A stretch of DNA of 60,149 nucleotides, filler included, from Basidioascus undulatus (Eukaryota): assembly GCA_000826855.1 (NCBI GenBank). It is 5 parts of 5 records of this genome, joined end to end, with 100 filler letters (N's around TTAATTAATTAA, not from the genome) between each part and the next. Parts side by side here need not be neighbours in the genome. Positions count along the whole stretch, not along the records: positions 24,128 to 36,085 come from JTLS01000967.1; positions 36,186 to 48,121 come from JTLS01000968.1; 3 more parts are not named here. The stretch is one strand, 5' to 3'. The stretch's first letter is position 1; each line of letters opens with the position of its first letter. Below are positions 26,036-38,249 of the stretch, piece after piece. Position numbers and translations under genes: made by a program. Below the pieces are notes generated by a model that saw nothing but the letters and a program-made list of their open reading frames with translations, had not been told where the DNA came from and did not search any database.

Positions 26036-26415
26036 CCTTTTCGAAAGACTCGGGGCGATCTATGATGATGATGATGAGAGAAGAGAGAGAGAGACAAGGA
26101 GAGTTGTTGCGAGACGTGAGTACGGCCAGTGAAGTGGGTTGCGAAGCGAACGTGCTGTGCTGTCTCACGGGCCGTGTCAGATGCGAGGCTGGTAGAGCCA
26201 AACGAACGCGTCTGATCGAGGATTAGTAGATTTTGCGGCTCCAGAAGGAAGAGATTATGATGATGGAAGAAGCGAAAGAGGCAGCTGCGGCAGATCGTCC
26301 ATGATGGCGAGGCTGTTAATCTGGCAGGGCACGCGACGGAGCGCGGTTCTCATGAGGCGCTCTTTGGTGCTCTCAAGGGTTGGACCCTACCTCACCCTCC
26401 TCTCGCTTGCTCACC

Positions 26416-27317
26416 ATGGTCCGCCTACATACTCTCCTCCCAATTCAAACATAACTCACATCCTCATGTTGCGCAGCTCATCTTCTCCGTCTTCAAAACG
26501 CTCACCGAGCAAGAAGTGACGGGCGCGTCCCTGTTCCTCCCCATCCCTCACTCTCCCTCTGGCGCACGCTCATCCTCGTGTTTCCCGCACACAGTCGAGC
26601 TCAAGAACGACCTCTCCATCACGGGTACGCTTAAATCCGTGGACCAGTGCGTCTCCCCCTCTTTCCCCGCCCCGCCCGCCCTTCCCGAGTGAGAACCCTG
26701 CACGCTGATCGGCGCGGCGCAGGTTCTTGAATATCCGCCTGGACAACATCAAGGTGGTGGACGAGGCGCGGTATCCCCATATGGTGCGGGCGTCTCGCAA
26801 TGATCTAGAGGGGTGTGAGAAGTTGGTGCTGAAAGTGGTGGTGTTGGGGGGCGGGACAGATGGCGGTCAAGAACTGCTTCATCCGTGGGTCAGTGGTGCG
26901 GTACGTCCAGCTGCCGGCCGCGGCGGTGGACACGCAGCTGTTGGAGGATGCGACGCGGAGAGGTGAGTGTTGCTCTCTCTTGAATGTGCATGATGGCTGT
27001 AAAGCGGGATGTCCGGTGGGCGTCGCGGGCGATCGGCGGGCGAGGTGCGGCTGGCAGGCGTGGGAAGGCGGGGAGCAGTCGGGGCGGTGGGCTACGAGCG
27101 AATGTGGCGGGAGACAACGCTGGCTGGGGAGCGGGGCTTTGACGAGCGTGGTGCGAATCGCAGGCTCTGGGTGGCTGGGAGGAGTGACAGGGTGGGAGGA
27201 GTGGGAGAGCGGGGGAAGCTATCGGAGTGCTGGGCTACGAGGGAATACCCAGAGGTGCGGTATGCTGACCATGCTCTTCATCCGTCTACAGAGGCGGCGA
27301 ATCAGGCGAAGCGTTAG
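26416..27317 (+). CDS. LSM2: U6 snRNA-associated Sm-like protein LSm2
   Basis: Splicing yields MLIFSVFKTLTEQEVTVELKNDLSITGTLKSVDQFLNIRLDNIKVVDEARYPHMMAVKNCFIRGSVVRYVQLPAAAVDTQLLEDATRREAANQAKR*. Confidence 0.96.
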
Positions 27318-27786
27318 GGGGCATGCATATGATTATCGGACGCCATAGAGAATGACAGGCTGGCGAGTAGGCAGAGGAAGGCCGGGAGAACATTGGCCGT
27401 TGGCGTCAGTGCGACCACGAGCTGCTGGTGCCAGTCTCTTCTCTCGGTGGCGGTGTGGAAGTTGGGAACAGACGCCGGCAGGATCGGCAATCTCGCACCG
27501 TCACTATCGCGCTTTCACCCACCCACCCCGCCGTCTTCTCCCACTCGCTTCGGATCTTTGCGCTGCATGGCTTGGGGTGCTGGGGTTGGCCCTGGCTCGG
27601 AAATGCCGTGTGGGCTACGCTTTCTGCGTGTTCTATGAGCGCGACAGCAGACTGCACCGAGAGCTCGAAGCTGGTTTTCGGCCCCTCTTCACGCCCTGCT
27701 TTCTCCTACTTTCCACACCGTTTCCCCTATGAGCTCTCATCAGTATAAGCACACGCACCAAGTCCGAGGGTGCAGTCTATGATCTT

Positions 27787-28465
27787 CTATCGGCAGCACC
27801 CGCATCCCCCCCTTACGATCCCCTCATCATCATCATCATCAAACTCCTCATCCTCATCACCGCATCCATGCCCGTGCCCGTTCCCATGGGAGTACGAATG
27901 CCCCACATGCCCATGCCCAGAATCGCCCTCCTGCTCCCGCTCGTACGCGTCAATCTGGGAGGCGGGTACGAGGAGGACCTCTGCTCTCACGAGGCCGAGT
28001 GAGTACAAAATAGTTGTTGGAGAGAGGGCGGAGAAGGTAACGTACCAGTTGGTGCGCCGGATGTGGAGAAGACTTCGGCGGCCAGCTTCCCCCCCGGCAG
28101 GACTGAGTCGTCCAGGATGAGGTAGAACTCGTCCAGCGGCACACGTATAGCGCGCTCTATCCTCACTTGCACGAAAAACTATTCTCCCCACCCCTCCATC
28201 TCAGCCTTCACCCCCTCTCCGCTCCTCGAGTCACTCAAAAACGCACAACCGAGTCCCCCTCCCCATCCCACCCAATCTCCAACCCCTCGCTCCCACCCAA
28301 AAGGCTCTCCGCCGCACCCCACCCGCGCACGCGCACTTTGGGAGCATCCGAGGGGAGCGGGGAGGAGGCCGCTTCGTATGCGCCTGAGAGGAAGCGGTTT
28401 GAGGAGCGCTGGGCGAGGTAGGAGTGCCAGGAGGCGGAGGGGAGGGGGGCGAATGCGGGGGCCAT
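27787..28465 (-). CDS. Hypothetical protein (3 exons) with His-rich, acidic, Cys-terminal tail
   Basis: Two GT-AG introns join the three ORF pieces in frame. Tail reads GHGHVGHSYSHGNGHGHGCGDEDEEFDDDDDE...GGCGCCR*. Confidence 0.65.
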
Positions 28466-31400
28466 GGGGAGGGAGGAAGAGGCGGGGGAGGGAAGAATGG
28501 AGAGGGGGTGAGGGATGATGAATGTGGAGGTCTAAGGATACGGAGGTCTAAGCCGAAGCGATGAGGGCGCGGTCGTGTGGTGGGTGGTCAAGCACGAAGG
28601 GGAAGGGCCGGTGATAGCTGCGGCTTTTTCCCGCGCCGGGCTCGAGTCGCGAGCTTATGCTGTCGGCGTGTCGCGCTGCCACGTCTGAAAGCCTGGGACA
28701 CAGGCACTCAAGCCATTTACAAGCGACTGTTTCCTTCCTGAAAATCAAAACCATACATCAACTCAGGTCGAATCTCTGATTTACGCAAGACGATCGAATG
28801 AACTCGAGGTTTGCCTGGTCCACCAGACCGTGCAGGACCGGACTCCAGAGGTGCAGGCATCACAAGCCGAGAGTACTGGGGTTTGACCTAAACCCATTCA
28901 GTTGTTTCTTACCAAGAACAGACAAAACGTATGTGTGGTATGAATGCATTTCCGGAAGCACCGTCTTCGACCAAGTGACGAGCGACTGAAGCCCATCTGC
29001 AGCCCGAAAGCGACAGCCTTTTGGGTCTGTCGGTCACGGGCGGCATCAGGAAGATCTCCTTGAGCACCGAAAGCCGATAGTAAATTACGTGAACGTGAGG
29101 CACGCAGTCCAACGCAGGTACCTTCCCAAAGTGAGGCCAGAGCACAGCTTCGGACCAAAGAACCGGTCTGACCCCTTCGAAAAGGGGACCTGGTTCTCGT
29201 AGGTACCTCCAATCTTCTTCAAATTTTAGATTTCAGACAAAATCCACATTCTATCAAGGTTCGACCAACGTATCGGGGTACGGAAAAAGGGAACATCCCA
29301 GCTGTAAGTCTCGCTGACCTCCCGCTGTGTCTTCTTTACGTGATAGTCGCTCCAATACTCTGAAGTTCGGAATCTCGACTATATGGCTTGGGACGCACTC
29401 TTCGGGTGCTCATCGTTGAGTACCAGAGCGCGGCTGGGCTAGGGAGCGCTGCAAGTAATGGCGCATTCAGTCAATCTCCCTGATCATGGACGTCTTTTTC
29501 TCAGAAGGAAATACCTTGTGAAAATGACTGGCGAGTGAATGGATAGATATGTGTCCAAATGGCCCGGCATTAAGGCTCGACAGTGAGGTTTCAACTTCAG
29601 GATGAAAGTCGGGACGACTGCGTGGGGATCCGGGATGGGGGTCTGAACAACGGTCAGCGACATGCACCATTACTTCACCTTACTATTGAACCCACTCAAG
29701 ATACAACAATGAGTGGGGTAGGTATACTTGAATTTATTGAGCTATGCTGAGCCTCTGGTAGAACGGGGAACCTCGACAAGTTGAGCTTCAAGTATCACTC
29801 CCCTCTCGCCGTGCCTTCTGCCTTGCGGGATAACCATACTATATTTAGGTATGAAGCACCAATTTAGGATCTTGTGATTTCATCCGTGTTCTCCGCCTCC
29901 TCTCCATAATGCAGAACAGCGCGGCTGGGATAAGGAACCGCGCCGCGCCATTTCGCGAGTCATGGAGGGCGCAGTCAATTTGCGAGTATGGACTTCTTTC
30001 GTACAACTATACTCCCTTTGAAAGAGATGTGACCAAAGGGCCACGTCTTAGGGCTCAACACTGGGGCCTGCAGAAAGTCGGATCGACTGCGCGGTGCGGT
30101 CGGATCAACAATGGCCAGCAACCTTCGTTCTTTACTCCTTACCCTGGTAGTTCGGATTAGGTACCATTTAGCACTCAACTCAAAAGATTTTGACAGAGCA
30201 TGGAGACTGCATCGGACACACGGGGTATGAGACGGAAAACGCCATGTACGTCGCGTTGGATGTTGCCCAGCTGCAAGGGCAACGTGCACAACTTTACGTT
30301 GACTCTTCTAGTTTATCTGGACACAAGGGTTAGTTGAATACACATTTATCTTCGAATACACTGGAAGGCTGAAGATGAGCAGCAGTGGAGAGCTAATTCG
30401 AAGGATGGCAGGTCTGCGTTGCAGAGGAGTGGGCTGGGAGATTCCGCCCGTAAACATTTAAAGTTGAAGCGTAGGTCTGACCATATGTAGAGAACCATTC
30501 GTGAGGGAGGCACTTCTCGCGCCCTAAATCGACTTCCCGTCCGAGTGAGCCGGCGTGATGATGTGCACCGGGCGGTCTCACCGACGACCGCCGGCGTACA
30601 CACGTCTTTTCAGTCAGTTGTATTACCACTGAATCTAAGTGTTCGGGGATTTGAGTCAGTCATGAGGCGGTCTTGCCGACGGCTGTCAAAGACAGGCCCG
30701 AGTGTGTGAAGAAGCAGAGTTTGAAGGAGCGCGCTGAGAGCGACGGAGTGAGGTCTTCTTGGCAACTTCCCAGAATGGACCGGTTGCAATTGCACCCAGT
30801 TCTCCAAAGCTCTCGTATACCCTGAAAGAGGGCTAAGTTTGCAATAATGACGGGCTGGTGCCTTGCGCAACCTTCGACCTAGACAGGCTAGACAGGTCGT
30901 GGTGGGGAAGCTCCCTCGTCCTGCTCGGCCGCTCGCGGCTGCCCGGGCGTGAGGACGGGAAGGCCATTTTGGAAACGTACACGCCGATAAGTAGCATAGA
31001 GCTGGTGTCCCAGAGGCATGAGAACGCTTAGTGAGGAAAAAGAAAGAAGCAAGAGTAGCCTGTGAGGCTGTGTCCGTGCCACGTTAGTGCCACGATTTGG
31101 CCACGCAGATGACACGCTGAAGGTGGACCAGGGATCCGGAAACGCTAGTTGCCATACTTTTGCACATGCATTCCTATTTCCTCCCTAGCTCACAGTTGTC
31201 GGTGAATTCAAGTCTTCCGTTCTGACACAGTATGACTCTATTGTGAACTCGAGGCAGCCCTACGCAATATCAATAAGGTGCAGATACAGCTTGAAGGGAA
31301 GCACACTGACGACGGACCGCAGGGAGGATCGAGTGGGACAAAATTTGAGGGTGTCGGGCTTGGAAGGCTCATGTCCCCCAAGAAGGCTGTGACTCACCGA

Positions 31401-31999
31401 GTTAGGAGGAGGAACAGTGGCCATGTGCTGCAACCAACTGCGGCTCCCGTTCCTAGCTCAGAACTCGCGGGCGGAACCGCAGTTGTAGATTTGTGGGCCA
31501 TTGTCGTAAGAAGCACGCGCCGTCGCCGGACTTGCCGGAGTCCCGGTTTGGGGAGCGTCAGAGCTTGCTTGATCATGGCCGGCGAAAATGCCTAGCCTTG
31601 CCCTGGCCTTTCCGGCAGCTTGCTCATGATTGCGGTCCTGTTCAACTTGGCACTGCCACCTTTTAAGTGGTCTCATATGCTTCAATATAGGGCCGAGCGT
31701 TTTTAATGCCCTATCAGGCTGACGCTCTTGGTGGGGGTTTCTGTCTTGGGAGATGACGGCGCGGACAGCCTTCTCGCACCACAGCCTGCCAGATTCGGCC
31801 ACGGAGAGTCGACCTGTCTTACCAACGTTGTAGGAAGCAACTCTGTTTGATAAATGAACTTCTTTGGGCGCCGGGAAGGCCTGAAAATGCTCAGGGCTTA
31901 CCTGTCCTCTTCCTCTTGTGCGCGACGCGTATTCCTCTTCGCCATTTTACCGTCGGGACCTCCTCGTCTTCCGCCGCCCACGTCGCTCAAGTACCCAGC

Positions 32000-33194
32000 A
32001 TGGACGCTCGAGCACTACCTCCCGAAGTTTGGTCCCGCATTTTTGAGGGCGTTGTGGGTTACGAAAACCACGACGGGCGCTCACGCGACAGGAACGCGCC
32101 TACGCTCGCTCTCGTTTGTCGCGCGTGGAACGTAAGTTCTCCTACCGTACCACTCTTCAACATCCTCATATTGAGTTGCAGCTAATCCTGCCACTGGTTT
32201 CTTCTCGATGACTTTCTACGTATAGGCAATCTCCGAGCCGTACCGTTATCGCCGTATATCCATCGAGGAACCGAAATCGATCGAGGCTTTCGACCGTCTT
32301 CTCGTCCACCTTGACCTCCGAGGGCGCCATCCCTTTCGACACACCCACGACTTTTTCGCTCTCACAGACGAGGAGGATTACTCCGTAATCGACTTCGACA
32401 AGACCCACATGCCGCATCTGCTCTCTTTCGCTTCGCACCTCGAATGCGTCTGTTTCGGCTCGCCGGTCGTGAACCCCTCCACCCTTCATTCGCTCGCAGT
32501 CACCAGCAGCCGCACCCTCACTGAGCTGTGGCTCACGCTTTGCGACCTCATGCCTATATGCCTGTCCATCCTTCCTCGCTTCACCGAGCTGCGGTCGCTG
32601 CATATCGACGTCGGTCTGGAAGAGGGATCCGCCCCGTCCCTCGCCGCAACCGACGCTATCGCATTGCCCAAGTTGCGCGACCTTTCTCTCACAACTTCGG
32701 GGATCATGGGATGCTCGGACCTCGTTCTTTTTCTGGCTCGATCCACCTTCCCTTCCTTGACGACCGTGGAGTTTCCCGACGAGCCTGTCGCATCCAGTGC
32801 CGCCCTGAAATTCTTCGCCCGCCACGGGCCTGGGTTGTTCAAGATCGACATTCTCATCGCGCCAAACCAGCAGCACTCCCTACCTCTCATCATATCGCAT
32901 TGTCATATTCTGCAGCAGATCGTGCTGCACGCTGCTCCGTCCGCAGACATCGTCGAGCGGCTCGTTCCCGCTCTTCCGGCAACATTGTCCGAGTTCTATC
33001 TTTCGTTTCGAGCCGATTCCGAGGTACCTGGTGTCCTCGCCCTTCTCAATTTCGTTGGCCGGCTGAAGCGACTCGCGAAGATACGTCTGTACCATCCACC
33101 TTGGGGGATATCTAGGTCACCGGAAATCGAGGCGCTAGCGGCGGAAGTCGCCGGTGAAGGCATGTCCATTATTTATAATGAGAAGGTTTGGTGA
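32000..33194 (+). CDS. F-box / leucine-rich-repeat-like protein
   Basis: MDARALPPEVWSRIF...LALVCRAWN (F-box), intron 32132-32225, then an open frame with LxxLxL repeats (LTELWL, LRSLHI, LRDLSL, LSEFYL). Confidence 0.75.
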
Positions 33195-33384
33195 GGGTGG
33201 AATACATCGTTACTTTGCTTTATGAGCCTTCCTGTTACTCTTTTGTTCGTCTGCATGTGTTGAGTGCGTTAAGAAGGAGCAGCGGCAAATGCCAAACTCT
33301 TTTCACTCTTTACAAAGCGCAACAGCGATTAGCCCAAACTCCGTCTACACATTCCACTCAATGTCTCCCACTCCCTGCACTACA

Positions 33385-34800
33385 TCAGACCTTCTCTGAA
33401 TCCCCACTATCTTGCAAGCCAACCTCCAGAGCGACCCCAGCCTTCTCCTTTGGCGTGCTTGTTCCGCTCTCTGAATCGTGAGGCTGCATTGCTGCACGTT
33501 GTCCGACGCGCCTTGACCGCGTCCAGACGATCCAGGAGCCGTAGCTCCGTAGCTGAATGGGTAAGGATGACAATTGGATACTTTCGTTACGTGTTTGAAG
33601 GAAACTTCAGTACTCACAACTGCGTGGTGGAGCAGAGCGAGCGTGATGACGAGTATGGCGGCGAAGGCTTTATCGAAGGCGCTATAGTTGTCGCGCTGCT
33701 TGATTCCATACCAAACCCTGAAAGGTATGAATCGTGAGCTTGAAGGCTTAAGGCTAGGACCGAAGATGGAGTTTCGGCGAGTGGGATGAACGAGGATGCA
33801 CAGCAACCCGATAGCCAACGCCATTTTCACTACTAATGTCTGGATGGCCCAGAAATGCAGGGCGTTCTGCGTGAATTTGATCGAGAATTTGAGACGATCT
33901 GAGCGTTAGATGGGCGGAGTGATTCAGCCATCATGCGACACGCTATGAGTGGTAAAGGGTTGCGGACAGGCTAGAAGCGCGATGAAGATGCTCTGCTCGG
34001 TCGTGGCTTGGAACAGCCTGGGAGAAGAGAGTACAACAAGTATTTTTTAAGGGTTGAGATTCAAATTCTCACCAGATGAAGCCCAGTCCCAATGCACGAT
34101 GGATGGAGCTCATGGCTATGATCTGCGAGCGCTCGCGTTCTTTCAGCAGCACGCTCTCTCGTCCTCCACTCTAGACACTCACAGGAAATGATGACGGAAA
34201 TAATGAAGACGGTTTCCAGATGGTGCACGATCATCTGCGGTCGCATCGAGCGATAGGCGAGCTCAAACATGTCTGTTGAGGGGCACCAACATCTGTAAGT
34301 CCTTGCCGATCCGTAGCAACTTAGACGGTTTGGACTCATAAACACCGCTGGCGAGGGTGCTGATGGGGAGCGTGACCGCCCCAGGACCGTGTAATGGTCC
34401 GCCAGGGCCGGGGAGATGATGAGCTGGACGCCGAGCGCCACCGTCGTCGACAGAGTATTGAGGATGTCTGGCGAAGGTAGTGAGGAAGGTTCAGTACTCA
34501 TTCTCAGAGTCTTTCGGATGCCGTAGAAGCTCACACATCGCGCATGCCTTCTTTTGCTGCGTCTTCAGTTGTCCGAAAGCCGTCGAGCAACGAGCCAGGC
34601 ACAAGTGGGTTAGGCCGGCGCTGGCGTACTGGCCGTCCTTTCCTCCAATTCAGACTACGTTCCTCGGACAGAACGAGGGAAAAATTCGGCTCACGAGGAC
34701 TGCCCAGTAAAAAAGTATGTTGATAGGGTAAAGCCATACGGTGTCGACCTGGAGTCGGTCGTTGTAGAATTCCTCGGTCTCGCGGAGAGCGGCGGGACTG
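33385..34800 (-). CDS. Multi-pass membrane protein of a TLC-like fungal family; start not resolved
   Basis: Exon pieces ILNTLSTTVALGVQL, MFELAYRSMRPQMIVHHL, LFQATTEQSIFIALL, FWAIQTLVVKMALAI and FAAILVITLALL; stop at 33385-33387. Confidence 0.5.
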
Positions 34801-36085
34801 AGGCTCCGCTACTCTTCGAGCTCTAGCAGTGCAGTAGAAGTGCTTTAACGTCCTGCGGATTACAAAGTCTTTATGGGGACGAATGATAAGCATAATGTTT
34901 TATTCCCCGATCTTCTTTTTGCGGGCCGACAGGCGCATACTCGTACCGCCTCTCTCCCACTCGAGAGAACAAGAAGCGGTCAATGTGAGCACGTGGACGA
35001 GCCGTCAGTGAAATGCAAAGGGGGGGGCGGGGGACCACCCTCTCTGCTCCAGTTCCGATCTTTATATACCCCACCAACCCGGACAATAGTGCGGGGGGAG
35101 GTCACCGTTTGGACGACAGATTCCGCATGCACTTCATATTGCATCCTGACATGGCGCTGCGAAATGGAGACGGGTTCACGCTGGGGCTACTTACACGCAC
35201 GGCCACTTTCTGCGCTGCGCATTCTAATTTCCGCGTGCTAATAGTATCCGGGAAGGAGTCTGCTGGGTGTTTGAGACGCGATGCAGCGGAGTGCCTCCGT
35301 CGTGCATGCTGGACTCGTGGTGCACAGTGGCTGCAACTAACGGCAAGTGGGGCCTTCTGATAGCTCCAGTTTTCCACTCTATATGCATTTCAATCAGGTG
35401 ATTACTGTATGTTTACGCTAGCGTACTTTGGAAAGAAACCAGGCCGAGCTGCCATGCGACGCAGCCCACACGACCTGCCGCTGCGGTCACCCTCTCCTAG
35501 CATTTCATTTCGCACGTTCTACTTTGCGGTTCACTCAAAGCCAGGCTTCTCCTGGTCCGGGTCTCTCCCAAGACCAGCCAAATATGTTCAGAAAAACTTT
35601 CCTTCGAAGAACCTACCCCCCTTCGCCCGCCTCGCAAGAATCGACTCGCCCGAAAGTGCGCACGCCCTCCTGATCCTCCAGACGAACGCACCCCTGCACC
35701 GTACTCTCCGATAAGCCCATCACCTCCTCAGAGTCTCTTTGAAACGTCCAAGAGAAACATATCTGCCGACTCTTCCCTAGGGTAAGCTGTGCGCCCTATA
35801 GTCTCATCTCATGCCAACAAACTTCACATGGCCGGGGCTCACAGCACTCCACAAGACTCAGCCTCGCCTTTCTCGACCCCATCTCCCTCTATCCCCTCCC
35901 TCCAAACAAGAAACCGCCATTCCCCTGCCAGCGTCCGCTTTTCACAGCCGCGACCGCAACCGCAACCGCACCGCCCGTCTCGTTGCGCACGTCTTCCCAC
36001 CGAGGGCAAACAAAAATGCGCCGCGAAAGTCAAAGCCCAAAAAGTGTTCATCACTGTCTCCTGTCCTTCTCCCTCCCCCGCATCC

Positions 36086-36185
36086 NNNNNNNNNNNNNNN
36101 NNNNNNNNNNNNNNNNNNNNNNNNNNNNNTTAATTAATTAANNNNNNNNNNNNNNNNNNNNNNNNNNNNNNNNNNNNNNNNNNNN
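36086..36185. other. Artificial contig linker
   Basis: Same 100-bp spacer. Confidence 0.97.
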
Positions 36186-36244
36186 ACCCCACCCCCAAAA
36201 GTTCCTTTTTCTTGGGACGCTGAGGCAAGAGAGGGGCGATGTGA

Positions 36245-36718
36245 CAGTGGCCCTGATGGCCGGGATCTGCCTCTACCTCTCTGTCTCCCTTCCCGCCATC
36301 CACACCATCACCACCCCGCTCGAGTCCGAGTCCCATGCAGACCGCGTCGAGGCCCTCCGCGTCCTCGGCGCAAGCAACACCATGATCGTCATCGCCCTCG
36401 TCGGCGTGCTCGTCCTCCAGGCCGGGCAGTGGTGGGCGAGCGTGGAGGTCGCGAAGGGTACGTTTTCTCCTCACCCCATCCACCCCACCTACCTGCTCCC
36501 CACGTTTTCCCCTATCTTTTCCCATCTCTCTTCCCCGCATTCCATTCTTTCTCCCGTGTTTGTGCGGCGCACATACTGAAGGCGTGTTTTGGCGTCGGCA
36601 CACAGAGATCCAGCGCGAAAAAGAGCAGCGCCGCGAGCGACGCAAGAGCCGGTCCGCGTCCGCGAGCCTGAACAAGCAGGAGCGGGATCGCGTCGTCAAG
36701 GGGTTGAAGGCGGAGTGA
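36245..36718 (+). CDS. SHR3: Shr3 ER membrane chaperone for amino-acid permeases, 3' part
   Basis: ALRVLGASNTMIVIALVGVLVLQAGQWWA matches the last TM segment of Shr3; a charged tail follows one intron. Confidence 0.82.
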
Positions 36719-38249
36719 AATCGAATGCACAGAGGAATTAAGTTAGGCTTTCAAGGACGGAACTTGCATTACTACATACTTCCACTGCCTCCCTTCGCGC
36801 TGAGACGCGTCTGACTGGCCGGACTAACTGCTTAATCGCCCGTCGCGCTTCTTACCTCGTCGTTCGGCCTCGTACCTTATCGATCGATCAACCGTCTTCC
36901 TCGCTCACTCGTCTCGGCGCTTTCGACAGCTCCGAGAGCCTCCCTCCGAGACTCACTCGCCGCCCTCACTCAACTTCGCCCCGCTTGCCTCACTAATGCC
37001 CTGCAGCACGTTCTGGTCCTTCCGTCGCGCAGATGCGCATGTGGGGTTGCAGCTTGTTTACGGAGGCGCTGCGGTCGGGGGTCACAAAATCGTGGATCTT
37101 ACGGCAAGGACAGGTGGATTCAGAATTGGCGGATGGGGCGAGATGCCGTTCACTTCGTAGCGCGTGGGCAGTAGAGGGACGTCTTATCCCCTTTGTAACG
37201 CAGTGCGCACAGTACAACGGCAAAGCACCTTGACTCAACAGTGGACGTCCTGCTAACGTGCAATGCCGCTGCGACCTTGCTTTACTCACTGTACTTACCT
37301 GCGTAATGCAAGGGGTTGACGACGGCTCTGCAATGATGGGCGTCGCTTGGCTGCGAGCCTGCATATGCGCTGCGGGTTGCCTCCAAGGACAAGAAGCGTC
37401 GAAGCGAGGCAGTGGAAGGGAAGGGGGGAGGGGGTTCATTTGGTTGGCGGCTCGGCACTACATTTGATGAACAACCTTATTGTTTTGTTCAGGAGACAGC
37501 TAAAGCCTTGGCTCATGTTTGCTTGATGGGGTCGAGCTGCTTGCTGCAACTCCATCACCGCAGCAGTCATCCTCTCTTGTGGACGCCTCGGCCAATCGCA
37601 ACTGGTCTTTTTAACGCGTTTGATACTGTCAAATGATAGCTCCCGACAGTCCATACATTTGTAAATTTGTTTAGTCAGTTCTTGGCTTGCCTGGGATGTT
37701 GATCCAGCAGGGAATCTAGAGGCTGTCCGGGCCATGTCTTACGTCCGTCCGCCAGATTGAGCCATGTTGGCCGACTGTTCAGAAATACAAGAGGCTCTCT
37801 ATACGGATTTATTAAGACAGGGATGTGATTATTTTCGATTATCTCACAAAAAGAAACCCCATTCTTTGCTTTGCGCGGAGGTGGGGCGCGCCGGTGGGTT
37901 CAACGGCGCTATAGATTGATATTCGTCTGGTCCATGCCATGCCCTTCATTGTAGATCTCAAAATAGTTCGGAGATAAGTGTGTTTTGATCATTTGAATTG
38001 CACTGTTTGTGACGGTGCCTTTGCAGAGCTTCAACTCTACAGGCTCTGCCTCGCCGGAACCCAAGCCAAGGGAATTGCTGGTTTGTGGCCGCCGTCAGGC
38101 AAGTGCATGCACACTGTAGGCGGAAAGTAAAGCAAGGCCAATATCCCATCTACAACAGAAACTCTGAATTCCGTCGCTCGTAAATGAACCCGAGCGACAC
38201 TGTGTATGCGCGGCTCGAGAATGACATGGCTGGGACAGGCTGCGCACGG

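Noticed and set aside
35700..36718. Joining the promoter-like end of contig 3 to the Shr3 3' fragment as one gene
   Set aside because: The contigs are size-ordered, and no Shr3 N-terminal sequence is visible before the linker.
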